IMG/VR virus record: IMGVR_UViG_3300035527_000019
Coordinates: 1-24,820 of that record
Strand: one strand, 5' to 3'
DNA from: a virus
Lineage: Duplodnaviria > Caudoviricetes
Length of the DNA stretch: 24,820 nucleotides
Under the pieces are notes generated by a model. That model was not told the DNA's origin, ran no database searches, and was given only the letters and a program-made list of their open reading frames with translations. Made by a program: the position numbers and the translations under genes. Shown here one piece after another: positions 9,198 to 18,091 of the stretch (the first letter of the stretch is position 1; each line of letters opens with the position of its first letter).

Positions 9198-11510
9198 TTA
9201 TACAGTCAGGTTATAGCTGATGGCGGAAGCCTCGTTGTCGCGGTAAGCCATACCACAGCGGAACATCGCAACCAGTTGGTTGGTATCGCTTTCTGGCCAG
9301 CGGTCGGTTTCAAGAGTCATCCGGCGCTTCCAAGCAAACTTCCATTGGTCAAAGCGCACAGCCAAGATAGAGCCCTTAGTGTTGTTTGACGTAGTATCGA
9401 GGTCAATCTTACCATCAGAGTTCGACAATCGGTCAGCAGAGCCAGCGCACATCTGGGCACTAACATAGATTGGATAACCCCACAATCCGGTCAGGCGCCC
9501 ATTTTCAATGGTTGGCGCAGCGAACACATCACGAGTCTTGACTTCTTCCAACTTCATAGTTGCGTAGTATTCTTGCGGGCCGATGATGAAAGCGCATTTT
9601 TCAATATCAAGGGCATTGATACCAGCAGTTCCCATCTTGCGCATTGTTTCGATATAATCCTCAACGGTCAGTGATCCACCATCGCGTGAATTTGCAGTGT
9701 TGGTCACAAGAGGAAGTACGCGGAACCCATCCCACACCATGAACACCTCGGATCCAGCGGGAGTTCCAGCAATATCGTTGATGTTGGTTACGGATGCGGT
9801 TGCATTATCGCCATTGATAATGGCGTTTTCAAGTTGCTCCATTCCGCTTACAATCATCTGCTCACGAATCTGTGGCAGGATTGGGATAAGTGAATCTTCG
9901 GCGAGTTCACCAGACCAAGTAACACGAGCACCAAGTTTAGAAAGCGTAAGGCTTTGATTCGCGGTTCCTGCCTGCGAGGCAGTTACAGTAACGTCTGGCC
10001 GCCCACTAGTGTGATCTGCCGCCTGCGCAACCTTGTACCAGGTTGGGTCAGTTGATTCGAGGGGAATCACATCAGATTCATAGCCCTGTGGGATTTCCTG
10101 TTGAGGCAACTTTGCGAGAATGGGAGTTCCGATACGGATGCTTTCCCACAGATTGCGGGAATATTCAACACCCACCCATTCATCACCATAGCTTGAAAGC
10201 GTTGAATACATGATTTCATCAGATTTCAATGCTTTCCCATGTGCACGCTCCAACATCTTGAAAGAGCGCTTTGCGGGGTCAGATTCCTTTTTGCCCTCAA
10301 GGCGTAACGCCAGTGCTTTATACATGCCCTCACTGGCTTTATATGCACCCTTTTTACCTTTAGCAGCACCAGTATTCAGAATATCAATACCCATAGCCAG
10401 TGCGCCATCATCAACGGAGTCATATTTCCAAACCTCGCTGAATTTAGCAACAGTTGGGGCTTCATCGTAAGGCAATCTACCAGATTTGGCAAATTCCTTT
10501 TTCATTTCTTCTTCTTTTTCTTTCACCTTATCTGCAACTTCTTTATCAATCCTGTCTTGCAGCTCTTTAGCTTTCTTGGCTTCCTCTGCCTTTTTTGCCT
10601 CACGAGCATCAAGGATTTCAGTCAGTTGTTCAAGGGTGAGTCCAGTTTTTTCGTCACTCATTGTTTTATCCTTTTCTTTTTTTGCTTTTTCTTCTACGCT
10701 GTCCGAGTCTTGATTAGGCTCTTTGCTTGCGCCTTTAGCCTCATCCTCTGCCCATTCAGGCATATCCAATCCAGCTTTTGAATAATTCGATTTCATAACA
10801 GGAACAGCCACTGCATACTGATTAGCTGGCTGTCTATTACCATCAATATCAAATAAACTAATTTCTGCAAGAGGCCATGTCAATATGTGCCCATCTTCAT
10901 CTTTTCTAACAAGATGCGTGATAGAACCACTTGAAGCCCTTGCCAATCCATTCTTTGCAGCGTCCCAAACCCTTTGTGCAAATTCGGACGCCTTGTCCAA
11001 AACTACACGTAGCCAAACACCATCCTTTTTTACTTCCGCGCTTTCCGTTTTTCCAATAAGAGCAGGTTCACCCATCGGCATGCCGTTTGGGTCATATCCA
11101 TGATAATAAAATGCAGGCGGCTTATAGTTTTCTAAATAAAAATTAGTGTCGTTTGCAAAATATTCCCCATCTGCATCTTTATTAGATTCGTCACCAAAAG
11201 GAACAGCCAAAACATCTAACTCCCAATCACCTACCGCCTTTAGCATTGGAAAGCCCATAAACTTTATTAGACCCTTAACTTCACGCCATTTAGTGTCTTG
11301 CTCTACTTCAACGCCATCCCCAAACTTTACTTCTTCGCCATCTATTTCATATGTATGTTTGTAAAATTTTCCGTCTTTATAGACAATTACATACTTGTCA
11401 TAGACTGCAAAGATATAAGAATATGGCATCGGATCAGGGTCTGGCAGCAGTTGTTTGTCTGCCTCCCATCGAATTAGATCAACCTTTTCCTCTAATGACA
11501 TTTTTCCCAT
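9198..11510 (-). CDS. Fused prohead protease - scaffold - HK97-fold major capsid protein
   Basis: Protease motifs DADGEYF, YYHG, ASSGS, WPLAEISL, PAN, then a charged coiled-coil linker, then a capsid-like region (LWESIRIGTPIL...KLGARVTWSGELAEDS...ENAIINGD...GLWGYPIYVS). Start ATG 11510 has the SD GAGGTGA. Confidence 0.88.
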   Translation of the reverse strand: MGKMSLEEKVDLIRWEADKQLLPDPDPMPYSYIFAVYDKYVIVYKDGKFYKHTYEIDGEEVKFGDGVEVEQDTKWREVKGLIKFMGFPMLKAVGDWELDVLAVPFGDESNKDADGEYFANDTNFYLENYKPPAFYYHGYDPNGMPMGEPALIGKTESAEVKKDGVWLRVVLDKASEFAQRVWDAAKNGLARASSGSITHLVRKDEDGHILTWPLAEISLFDIDGNRQPANQYAVAVPVMKSNYSKAGLDMPEWAEDEAKGASKEPNQDSDSVEEKAKKEKDKTMSDEKTGLTLEQLTEILDAREAKKAEEAKKAKELQDRIDKEVADKVKEKEEEMKKEFAKSGRLPYDEAPTVAKFSEVWKYDSVDDGALAMGIDILNTGAAKGKKGAYKASEGMYKALALRLEGKKESDPAKRSFKMLERAHGKALKSDEIMYSTLSSYGDEWVGVEYSRNLWESIRIGTPILAKLPQQEIPQGYESDVIPLESTDPTWYKVAQAADHTSGRPDVTVTASQAGTANQSLTLSKLGARVTWSGELAEDSLIPILPQIREQMIVSGMEQLENAIINGDNATASVTNINDIAGTPAGSEVFMVWDGFRVLPLVTNTANSRDGGSLTVEDYIETMRKMGTAGINALDIEKCAFIIGPQEYYATMKLEEVKTRDVFAAPTIENGRLTGLWGYPIYVSAQMCAGSADRLSNSDGKIDLDTTSNNTKGSILAVRFDQWKFAWKRRMTLETDRWPESDTNQLVAMFRCGMAYRDNEASAISYNLTV

Positions 11511-11524
11511 ATTCACCTCAATAC

Positions 11525-11549
11525 AAAAACCCACTCTTTCCGAGTGGGC
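11525..11549 (-). terminator. Intrinsic terminator in the capsid-gene leader
   Basis: Minus strand GCCCACTC-GGAAA-GAGTGGGT followed by TTTT. Confidence 0.65.
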
Positions 11550-11583
11550 TGTGTAAGGCGACTCTAATTCGGTTGGCTACATG

Positions 11584-11608
11584 CGAACCTTTGTTCTATA
11601 TTATATCA
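11584..11608 (-). promoter_or_regulatory. Extended -10 promoter (TGATATAAT) with an overlapping GAAC-N4-GTTC LexA-type box
   Basis: TGATATAAT at 11608-11600. CGAACCTTTGTTCT at 11584-11597 spans the predicted start site. Confidence 0.6.
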
Positions 11609-11681
11609 CTAAATTTTGAAGCGCTTCTCCAAATATCTCACTATCATCAATAATGCGCGCTTTATTACTTCCGCAAATTCT

Positions 11682-12143
11682 TTATCCATAAGCCATATCC
11701 AAATGATACTTTATTCTCATAAGCGTTCTATTCAGCCTTTCTTGGTTTCTTGCATCGTATTTTTCCCAACCACCAGAAATATGTTGTGCTGTTTGTGTGC
11801 CGCTGCCAATAACGAAGGGTCCATAACTCACTGGGTTCGGACCAATCGCATATTCCAATGGCGCGGTTTGCTTCGCCCCCCCACCCCATCCAGCAGCAAG
11901 CTGCCCTGTTCTATTATAAGGCACATTGATAGTTCCTTCTCGAATACTCGCCATAACAAACCTGCGCTGGCGTTCTGACACCCAGTTTTGTGGGATTCCT
12001 CTTGTATCGCCAGTATACATTTGCACATCATGATATGCTTCCCATGCGCCCTCTTCAAGCCCCTTAATAACGGCGGGTAGGGTTGCTTTCATTTTAGCGA
12101 GAAGTACGTCTATACCCTCTATTGAAATGGTAAATTCTATCAT
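11682..12143 (-). CDS. HK97 gp10-like neck/tail-completion protein
   Basis: ISIEGIDVL...YNRTGQLAAGW...NPVSYGPFVIG. Confidence 0.65.
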   Translation of the reverse strand: MIEFTISIEGIDVLLAKMKATLPAVIKGLEEGAWEAYHDVQMYTGDTRGIPQNWVSERQRRFVMASIREGTINVPYNRTGQLAAGWGGGAKQTAPLEYAIGPNPVSYGPFVIGSGTQTAQHISGGWEKYDARNQERLNRTLMRIKYHLDMAYG

Positions 12144-12805
12144 CGTCTAACAAACCTTATTTCTACAGTACATCTTCCTCTTGGATGAATTGGCGGCAAA
12201 TCATACCATGCAGTATATCTACGCGTTCCTTCAAGCGGCCCGCAGATCGGGCAAACCCTTTCATCCTGCGCAGTTCTCCATATTTCTTCTTTGTCCAGTT
12301 CTGGAAACATGACAAGTATTCTATCGCTCACAAATTCTTTTGCTTTTTCTAATGCTCTTGTTACCTCTGTAATGGCTATCGTTTCTGCTCTATATGGACT
12401 GAACCAGTATGCTATTTTTTCTTTTAGCGCATCTTCTCCGATCGTTCCTGCAAAGAAATCACCAAATGCGGCTTGTAGTGCGCTTGCTGAACGTTGTGTA
12501 AGCCCACTAACGAGTTCATAGGTATAGCTTCTCGCCCAATCTTGGGCAGAACTCATAATATCATCAAGGTTTATTTCCGGCACACTTGGTGAGTCCACAA
12601 ATGTTTCCATGCCAAAATAAAGAACGCCAATAAGAATGGGCAAGATAGCCTTTTCTAATGCCTTTCTCTCCTTCTCCCAAAACTCTTCGTCTGGTTCTTC
12701 CAGCATATTTAAATAGTAGTAGTCGTCTTGCAATGCCTCGCTAATTCCTTCTGCAAGTTCCTGCTCTATTTCGAATCGGTCTTTATATGCCATGCTTCTT
12801 TCCAA
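12140..12805 (-). CDS. MuF/SPP1 gp7-like minor head protein
   Basis: RAETIAITEVTRA...WRTAQDERVCPICGPLEG...PPIHPRGRC. Start may be ATG 12793. Confidence 0.85.
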   Translation of the reverse strand: MERSMAYKDRFEIEQELAEGISEALQDDYYYLNMLEEPDEEFWEKERKALEKAILPILIGVLYFGMETFVDSPSVPEINLDDIMSSAQDWARSYTYELVSGLTQRSASALQAAFGDFFAGTIGEDALKEKIAYWFSPYRAETIAITEVTRALEKAKEFVSDRILVMFPELDKEEIWRTAQDERVCPICGPLEGTRRYTAWYDLPPIHPRGRCTVEIRFVRR

Positions 12806-12951
12806 TGAATACAGCTAAAGTGTTTTTGGTAGCCTGGTTTCGCACGCTCACCACGAGTACAATAACCCCACGAGCTGGTTTTTCCTTCCTCGTAGCGGTG
12901 TGGAACCCAATACTCACATGTTTCGCAGCATTTTACGGATAGTTTCTCCAT
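12766..12951 (-). CDS. Small Cys-rich (zinc-binding-like) protein
   Basis: CETCEYW...GYC...SCIHW pattern. Bridges the portal and MuF genes. Confidence 0.6.
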   Translation of the reverse strand: MEKLSVKCCETCEYWVPHRYEEGKTSSWGYCTRGERAKPGYQKHFSCIHWKEAWHIKTDSK

Positions 12952-14396
12952 AATGGTTTTGTCCTAAAGATAGATTTTATCTTTTCTTCTGTGTCTGCAT
13001 GTTTTAGCGCACCTCTAATTGCGCCCTCTAATGACTTTGGTACTTTTTTACACTCAAATTTTCTTGAGTTTGGTTTTCCAATTCTTTTTATCTCGTATTT
13101 TTCCCATGCCTTTAGCTCACCAGCGTATTTTGCGTTCACCTGTCTTTCTGTCGCGCCAGTGCGAGCGGCATTAGATTCTTGGTCAACATCCCTATCAGCG
13201 AAGGTCTCCACAATCTGGTCAGGGAATAAGTCGCCGCGCTCGTCTGTCAATGGTTCATCATTGTACTTTTCAATACGAATCTCATTAATAGTGTGCGTTC
13301 TTGCAAATTCTCTATCTTCCCTCAACTTCATAAGGCGGTCAATATCTCTCACCTCATCGAATTTTGCAATCAGATCATCACCCCAATAATCAAGGATGTT
13401 ATTTGTTATCTTTTGCCCCATCATTTCAAGGATTGTGTAGATACGGTCTTTCAATGTAGCTTTACCTGCTTTTGCATTGGCTTCGGTCGCGTTCTTATCA
13501 AGAACTGCGGTAAGACCTGGTGCGTAGATTGCAAATATTTCTTCTTTATTGAATTGTCTACCAGCAAGGAACTCCATATCTTTTTGCGACATCCCCATCT
13601 GTATCCACTTCACATCATCCCCATACCCACGAATCATCATCAACCCATCGCGCTTTGTGCCCCCCCAACGCTCTTTCATATCGGTTTTCATCTTATCCCA
13701 GTCATTATTATTGACCATATCTGAAACGCCGAGGATTCCAGGGGGCTTTGCATTATTCTTGCCGAAATAATTGGTGTTCCATTCTTGCATTTTCATGTCA
13801 CCAATAGCAGTCGTTGCAAGACACTCAATGGGAGAAAGACCAACGTACATACTCATCGGATGGAATTTCTTGAATTGTGTAATTTCTTCCGGGGATATTT
13901 TTAGCTCTTGTATGCCATCTGGCTTATATAAATAATAATCTATTCCCATTCTTTTACCAGGAACAGGTGATATTCTATAAGACGGGATAGGCCATATTTC
14001 TAGAGGCTCCCCATCTGGCGCACGAATTATTTGCCAATACGCGTTTCCTGTTAATAGATAATGGGATAGAGAATAGGACAGTAATTCAAAGCGAGAGAAT
14101 AACGGATTGGGCTTTTCTATAAGTTTTTCAAAGGGATGGTTGTCAATGTCTACTAATCTTTCCTCAACACGTTGTTTTACGCGAAGAGGAACAGAAGAAG
14201 CCCTATCTGCCACTTCTGTAATTGCTATATTGACCCATGATAACTTTTGATATAATCTCGATTGATTTTCCCACACCTCCCCCGCTGGGATTTGTGATTT
14301 TTCTAATTCTGAACTTACCCTAAGAAATTCTGGTACTTGTTTTTTCTCCTGCTTTGTGTAGCCATACCTCCCTAATATCTTCTCTAAAAGGCTCAT
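12933..14396 (-). CDS. Portal protein (HK97 family)
   Basis: HPFEKLIEKPNP, LTGNAYW, GLSPI, YFGKNNAKPPGIL, DMEFLAGRQFNKEEI, TINEIR. Likely start is ATG 14396 with SD GAGGG. Confidence 0.92.
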   Translation of the reverse strand: MSLLEKILGRYGYTKQEKKQVPEFLRVSSELEKSQIPAGEVWENQSRLYQKLSWVNIAITEVADRASSVPLRVKQRVEERLVDIDNHPFEKLIEKPNPLFSRFELLSYSLSHYLLTGNAYWQIIRAPDGEPLEIWPIPSYRISPVPGKRMGIDYYLYKPDGIQELKISPEEITQFKKFHPMSMYVGLSPIECLATTAIGDMKMQEWNTNYFGKNNAKPPGILGVSDMVNNNDWDKMKTDMKERWGGTKRDGLMMIRGYGDDVKWIQMGMSQKDMEFLAGRQFNKEEIFAIYAPGLTAVLDKNATEANAKAGKATLKDRIYTILEMMGQKITNNILDYWGDDLIAKFDEVRDIDRLMKLREDREFARTHTINEIRIEKYNDEPLTDERGDLFPDQIVETFADRDVDQESNAARTGATERQVNAKYAGELKAWEKYEIKRIGKPNSRKFECKKVPKSLEGAIRGALKHADTEEKIKSIFRTKPLWRNYP

Positions 14397-14437
14397 AGTT
14401 CCCTCATTATAGGCGTTATGTTCTATTATACACCATA

Positions 14438-14458
14438 AATATGACACGGTGTCGTATT
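14438..14458. repeat. Palindrome AATATGACAC-G-GTGTCGTATT (recurring operator-like motif)
   Basis: Near-perfect inverted repeat lying over the -35 zone of a minus-strand TATAAT at 14430-14425, upstream of portal. Confidence 0.7.
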
Positions 14459-14464
14459 AAAGCA

Positions 14465-14532
14465 ATAGACCCCGCCGAAACGGGGTCTACGCAGAAAGGA
14501 GGTATGAAATGTCGTACAAGAATATTATACCA
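14465..14532 (-). ncRNA. Candidate short RNA: extended -10 promoter, anti-SD ACCUCCUUUCU, terminator-like hairpin
   Basis: TGGTATAAT 14532-14524, ACCTCCTTTCT 14503-14493, hairpin GTAGACCCCG/CGGGGTCTAT 14490-14465. Confidence 0.45.
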
Positions 14533-14553
14533 TATTATATTATCGATTCGCAA

Positions 14554-15048
14554 TTATTCCTTGCTAGATACTGTAAATGTATCCTCGTCAAATTTGTTTT
14601 TCTGCAATAAATTGGCACAATAATTTTCGTCCTTCGTTCTATACGGAATGCCGATATACAAACGTTTTCCTCTATTTGGCTTAATTGCAATATGGGTAAT
14701 GTCTTTATAGGATTTTATATGATTCTCAAACGAACTCTTTTCGTCACCATCAAAAGACTTTTGAAAAGATGTTTGAATTTTCAGCGCATCATTTTTTATG
14801 GTTATTGAAAATTCTTTACAATAATCAATGTAGATGAACTGCTGACACAAATTAGTAAACACGGTCTTGCGAATATCCACAAGCCTCAAACGTTCAATTA
14901 ATCTTGCGGGTACACGTACAGCATTGCAATTTTCAAAAATAATATCAACATATCTAAAATCCGATTCTGGCGGGAGATTCAATAACTTCCTTATGCGGAA
15001 ACAAATGTTGCTGAATATTCTTCTTGTGTTATAAAAAAGCATTTTCAT
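14554..15048 (-). CDS. Hypothetical protein (AT-rich accessory gene)
   Basis: 164-aa ORF coupled to the methyltransferase stop. No recognisable function. Confidence 0.7.
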   Translation of the reverse strand: MKMLFYNTRRIFSNICFRIRKLLNLPPESDFRYVDIIFENCNAVRVPARLIERLRLVDIRKTVFTNLCQQFIYIDYCKEFSITIKNDALKIQTSFQKSFDGDEKSSFENHIKSYKDITHIAIKPNRGKRLYIGIPYRTKDENYCANLLQKNKFDEDTFTVSSKE

Positions 15049-15728
15049 ATTGGTAATCTCATCTGTTGTTGTGCGTCCTTTATTCTTTTACACGCTATTT
15101 CAAAATACTTTGGATCTATTTCCACGCCGATGAACTTGCGCCCAGTCTGCACGCAGGCAACGCCCGTTGTGCCAGAGCCCATGAAGGGGTCAAGGATGGT
15201 GTCAGAATCATCAGAATACTTTTGTGTTATCCACATCATTAAATCAATGGGTTTCTGTGTTGGGTGTACTCGCTTTCCACTCCCTGTTTCGGACTGTCTC
15301 AACGCGCCCATCCATAAATGACGATAACACTTTGTAGGTTTTTTAAAACTCGTCCACGCAATCTCACAATCCGAAAAATTATCATCCCAGTTATTTTTTA
15401 ACTTTTTGTCCCACGCTATTGCGCTGTTTGCTTTTCCCAACACACCGCCAAGATGCTCGAAACCAAATATTACTTGATTCGTTGATATTCTTTTTAACTC
15501 ATAAAATTGCTCTGTTGTTAGTCCGTTGTCATCCCATTCAACTGGTAAATACTGGGTTGGTTTCACCATCCCACTACCGCCTATCCTCCCACTACCGCCT
15601 ATCCCTATCCCGTACGGCGGGTCGGTTATCACTGCATCCACGCACTTGTCTGGCATGTCTGCCATCACGTCCATGCAATCTCCGAGATAAAGCGTACAAT
15701 CACCCAGCACGACCCTATCTTTATACAT
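15045..15728 (-). CDS. DNA amino-methyltransferase (N6-adenine/N4-cytosine, beta class)
   Basis: LYLGDC, ITDPPYG, HPTQKP, ILDPFMGSGTTGVA, FIGVEID. Confidence 0.93.
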   Translation of the reverse strand: MYKDRVVLGDCTLYLGDCMDVMADMPDKCVDAVITDPPYGIGIGGSGRIGGSGMVKPTQYLPVEWDDNGLTTEQFYELKRISTNQVIFGFEHLGGVLGKANSAIAWDKKLKNNWDDNFSDCEIAWTSFKKPTKCYRHLWMGALRQSETGSGKRVHPTQKPIDLMMWITQKYSDDSDTILDPFMGSGTTGVACVQTGRKFIGVEIDPKYFEIACKRIKDAQQQMRLPI

Positions 15729-15736
15729 TCATCCTC

Positions 15737-18091
15737 CTAATCTATATACTCTATCAATTCTAACACATTTGGCTTGCCTGCGCCCAATAATGTCAATGAT
15801 AATGCGCTCAAGGCGTCTGGAAGGTGTCCTGAACCATACACGTCATTCCAAGATGCTTGACTCAATTCTTCATACACATAACGAATATAGGGCATGACCA
15901 ACTGTTGTCGCTCTATCGTACCAATACAATCCGTGAGCATGTCTTTTCTTTTCTTGCCAACCATATTCACGCCTCTTGAGTTGGTTTCAAGATAATCATC
16001 AATCACATCTCCAAGACCTGTATTATCGTGATATGATCTACCTTTATATTTCTTGTTATACTCATCAAATTTACCCACCATGGCAGGCCATGGCGCACGC
16101 CCCATCCTATAAAAAGCAACTAATCTCATGGGGTTGCAATCTTCACGAATCACAAAAATAACCGTATTATCTTGTTCTTTCGCCCAGTCTGCGCCAGTAA
16201 GGAAACGAACATAATCAGGATAAGGGTCATTGATTCCTTCCTCTCTACGTTTTATCTCCCATGCCTCGCGTTCCTTTGGAGTAAGGGGGTCGAGTTCTAT
16301 TTTCTCGCCAAGACCACCCTTATACTCTCCCATAGATTTATCAAAAAGCATATCAAGGCTAGAAGGGTGGATAGCAAGAGATTCGGATGTAGGAACTGCA
16401 AGACAATACTCATTCTTCCACATCAATTCCGTAACTGTTTTTTTCTTGGAATCAATATCAGACTGTGGAAGCCAGCCATGCGGCTGTTTGGTTTCCTCCA
16501 TACAATTGTGTACAATTATTCCATTTGCGATAAATGAGTGTCCTTCTTTAACTGTCAAATCATAGACATCAATTTCTCCTCCAAATTCAACTTTTCTAAC
16601 AACTGCATAGTCCACATGTGGGGTTTGTTTTCCCAAAACACCAACAACTCCCACCCCATTTGTTTTATTAGGTCCGCCTTTATCTTGTCTCTTTCTATTT
16701 GATCTGGGCGAGTATGCCAATAAATCCCGTTTACCTCTAAAGCAATTTTGTGTTCCGGCAAATAAAAATCCACGGAATATCTTCCAACGCAAATATATTT
16801 TTCGTATTTTATTCCAAAATACTTCAACAATTCTTCTGCGCGAAGCTCTGCTTTGCTTGTTCTTTTCTTGCTGTTGCCACTTCTCGATATTTTTGTTCTT
16901 GCTTTTGCAGGCGTCTCTGCGTTTGTTTTGTTTCTCTCCGAAAACCATTTTAAATAACAACTTTTGCACCTTTTTGATCTTGGCTGTTTGTACCCGCCGC
17001 AATCTGGGCAAACCGTTTTTTCTGGTTTTTTGTGCACTAAATTTGGGCGTATTTTTGCGGCGCAACTTTGGCATCTTGTAGCGTCTCTGTCTATTAATTT
17101 CCCGCAATCTACGCATCTGTTGTTGTATCTGCACATTCTGCACGTTTGTCCGGCGTGTGTTGCCTCTCTCGTTCCGCACACAACACACCACGTCTTTTTC
17201 GGAGATGTCCTTCGCCTCTTTCCATCCCTGCCGAGTAAGGACTCTGTGCTCTGGGGTGCAGACGAGGCTACCGCCATCTGTTTTGATTGTGATTGTTTTT
17301 TTAGTTCCTGATTTCCACGCATCTAAAACCTCCGTTTGTATGATGTTATCATCTTTGTGTGAATATATGATGTCCCCTGGCCTTATATCCTTAATTGGAA
17401 TATCTTTATTTTTGCCCATAACCAGACAATCGCCACCAATACACCAACGAAAAACGCGCCATCCTTTATTCCTTGCCCGCCTCATGATTTCTGTCATTGT
17501 TCCACCAGGATTCTGCCAAGTAGAACTCAATACCGTTTGCGGTTTTATACCTCTTGCAGACATAGGTTGTCCCAATGCAGCATCGAGAATTTTTATATCC
17601 ATTTCATCAATTTCATCGCATCGTAGGCGTTGGGGGTGCGGTCCTCTGACACTGGTCTGTGAAGCCAGCAGAGCGCGAATTGTGTTTCCGTACGACAACG
17701 TTGTTTCTCTTTGCGTAGGTGGGGAGGAAAGCAGCTTGTTTTTTGCGCTTGCCATTCCAGGATTATTCCAGAATAGCTGGTTGTATTTATGAACATTCTG
17801 CGATTGCTCACCCGAACCACCAAGAATATTCACATCTGCCTTTAGGGTAATTGCTTCCGTAAGTCCTAGCGCAGCCAATGTAATTGACTTTCCCCCAAAC
17901 CCTCTTGCTGCGTGCCACACAATAATAGGCTCTTTAGCAAAATAAGCATAAGAAAACGCCTCAAAAGGCGTATCGTGTCCTTCACATATATGTGTATTGG
18001 GAATACTTATACCAAGTGCTTTCTCTACGAATAAGTGTAATGCTTTATCATCTGTTATGGGCAATCTAAACTGGTATTCACGTACGGTCAT
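15737..18091 (-). CDS. terL: Terminase large subunit precursor containing an intein
   Basis: Walker A-like AARGFGGKS, Walker B LRCDEID, nuclease GADWAKEQD...HLPDALSAL. About 471 aa after splicing. Confidence 0.92.
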   Translation of the reverse strand: MTVREYQFRLPITDDKALHLFVEKALGISIPNTHICEGHDTPFEAFSYAYFAKEPIIVWHAARGFGGKSITLAALGLTEAITLKADVNILGGSGEQSQNVHKYNQLFWNNPGMASAKNKLLSSPPTQRETTLSYGNTIRALLASQTSVRGPHPQRLRCDEIDEMDIKILDAALGQPMSARGIKPQTVLSSTWQNPGGTMTEIMRRARNKGWRVFRWCIGGDCLVMGKNKDIPIKDIRPGDIIYSHKDDNIIQTEVLDAWKSGTKKTITIKTDGGSLVCTPEHRVLTRQGWKEAKDISEKDVVCCVRNERGNTRRTNVQNVQIQQQMRRLREINRQRRYKMPKLRRKNTPKFSAQKTRKNGLPRLRRVQTAKIKKVQKLLFKMVFGEKQNKRRDACKSKNKNIEKWQQQEKNKQSRASRRRIVEVFWNKIRKIYLRWKIFRGFLFAGTQNCFRGKRDLLAYSPRSNRKRQDKGGPNKTNGVGVVGVLGKQTPHVDYAVVRKVEFGGEIDVYDLTVKEGHSFIANGIIVHNCMEETKQPHGWLPQSDIDSKKKTVTELMWKNEYCLAVPTSESLAIHPSSLDMLFDKSMGEYKGGLGEKIELDPLTPKEREAWEIKRREEGINDPYPDYVRFLTGADWAKEQDNTVIFVIREDCNPMRLVAFYRMGRAPWPAMVGKFDEYNKKYKGRSYHDNTGLGDVIDDYLETNSRGVNMVGKKRKDMLTDCIGTIERQQLVMPYIRYVYEELSQASWNDVYGSGHLPDALSALSLTLLGAGKPNVLELIEYID
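16505..17443 (-). mobile_element. Intein (313 aa, precursor residues 217-529)
   Basis: Block A CIGGDCLV, block B CTPEHRVLT, blocks F/G VYDLTVKEGHSFIANGIIVHN, followed by Cys+1. Confidence 0.93.
16555..17322 (-). CDS. Zinc-ribbon + DUF559/Vsr-like PD-(D/E)XK endonuclease, overprinted in the +1 frame inside the intein
   Basis: GGAGG 6 nt before ATG 17322. Six CxxC motifs. TSKAELRAEELL...YSVDFYLPEHKIALEVNGIYWH...DKIKADLIKQMGWELLVFWE. Confidence 0.88.
   Translation of the reverse strand: MRGNQELKKQSQSKQMAVASSAPQSTESLLGRDGKRRRTSPKKTWCVVCGTREATHAGQTCRMCRYNNRCVDCGKLIDRDATRCQSCAAKIRPNLVHKKPEKTVCPDCGGYKQPRSKRCKSCYLKWFSERNKTNAETPAKARTKISRSGNSKKRTSKAELRAEELLKYFGIKYEKYICVGRYSVDFYLPEHKIALEVNGIYWHTRPDQIERDKIKADLIKQMGWELLVFWENKPHMWTMQLLEKLNLEEKLMSMI

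Noticed and set aside
15227-15235. Second perfect DnaA box
   Set aside because: It is inside a CDS and isolated, which shows that single boxes can arise by chance and weakens the 21081 box.
15570-15606. 18-bp tandem duplication in the methyltransferase gene
   Set aside because: It is an in-frame duplication (IGGSG twice) in a variable loop with no sign of a wider system.
16555-17322. Frameshifted pseudogene interpretation of terL or the intein
   Set aside because: The terminase frame is uninterrupted, the splicing motifs are intact, and the nuclease ORF has its own SD, start and stop.
54-17792. Numerous plus-strand ORFs of 60-211 aa in the ORF track
   Set aside because: They are antisense shadows of well-supported minus-strand genes, with no recognisable motifs.
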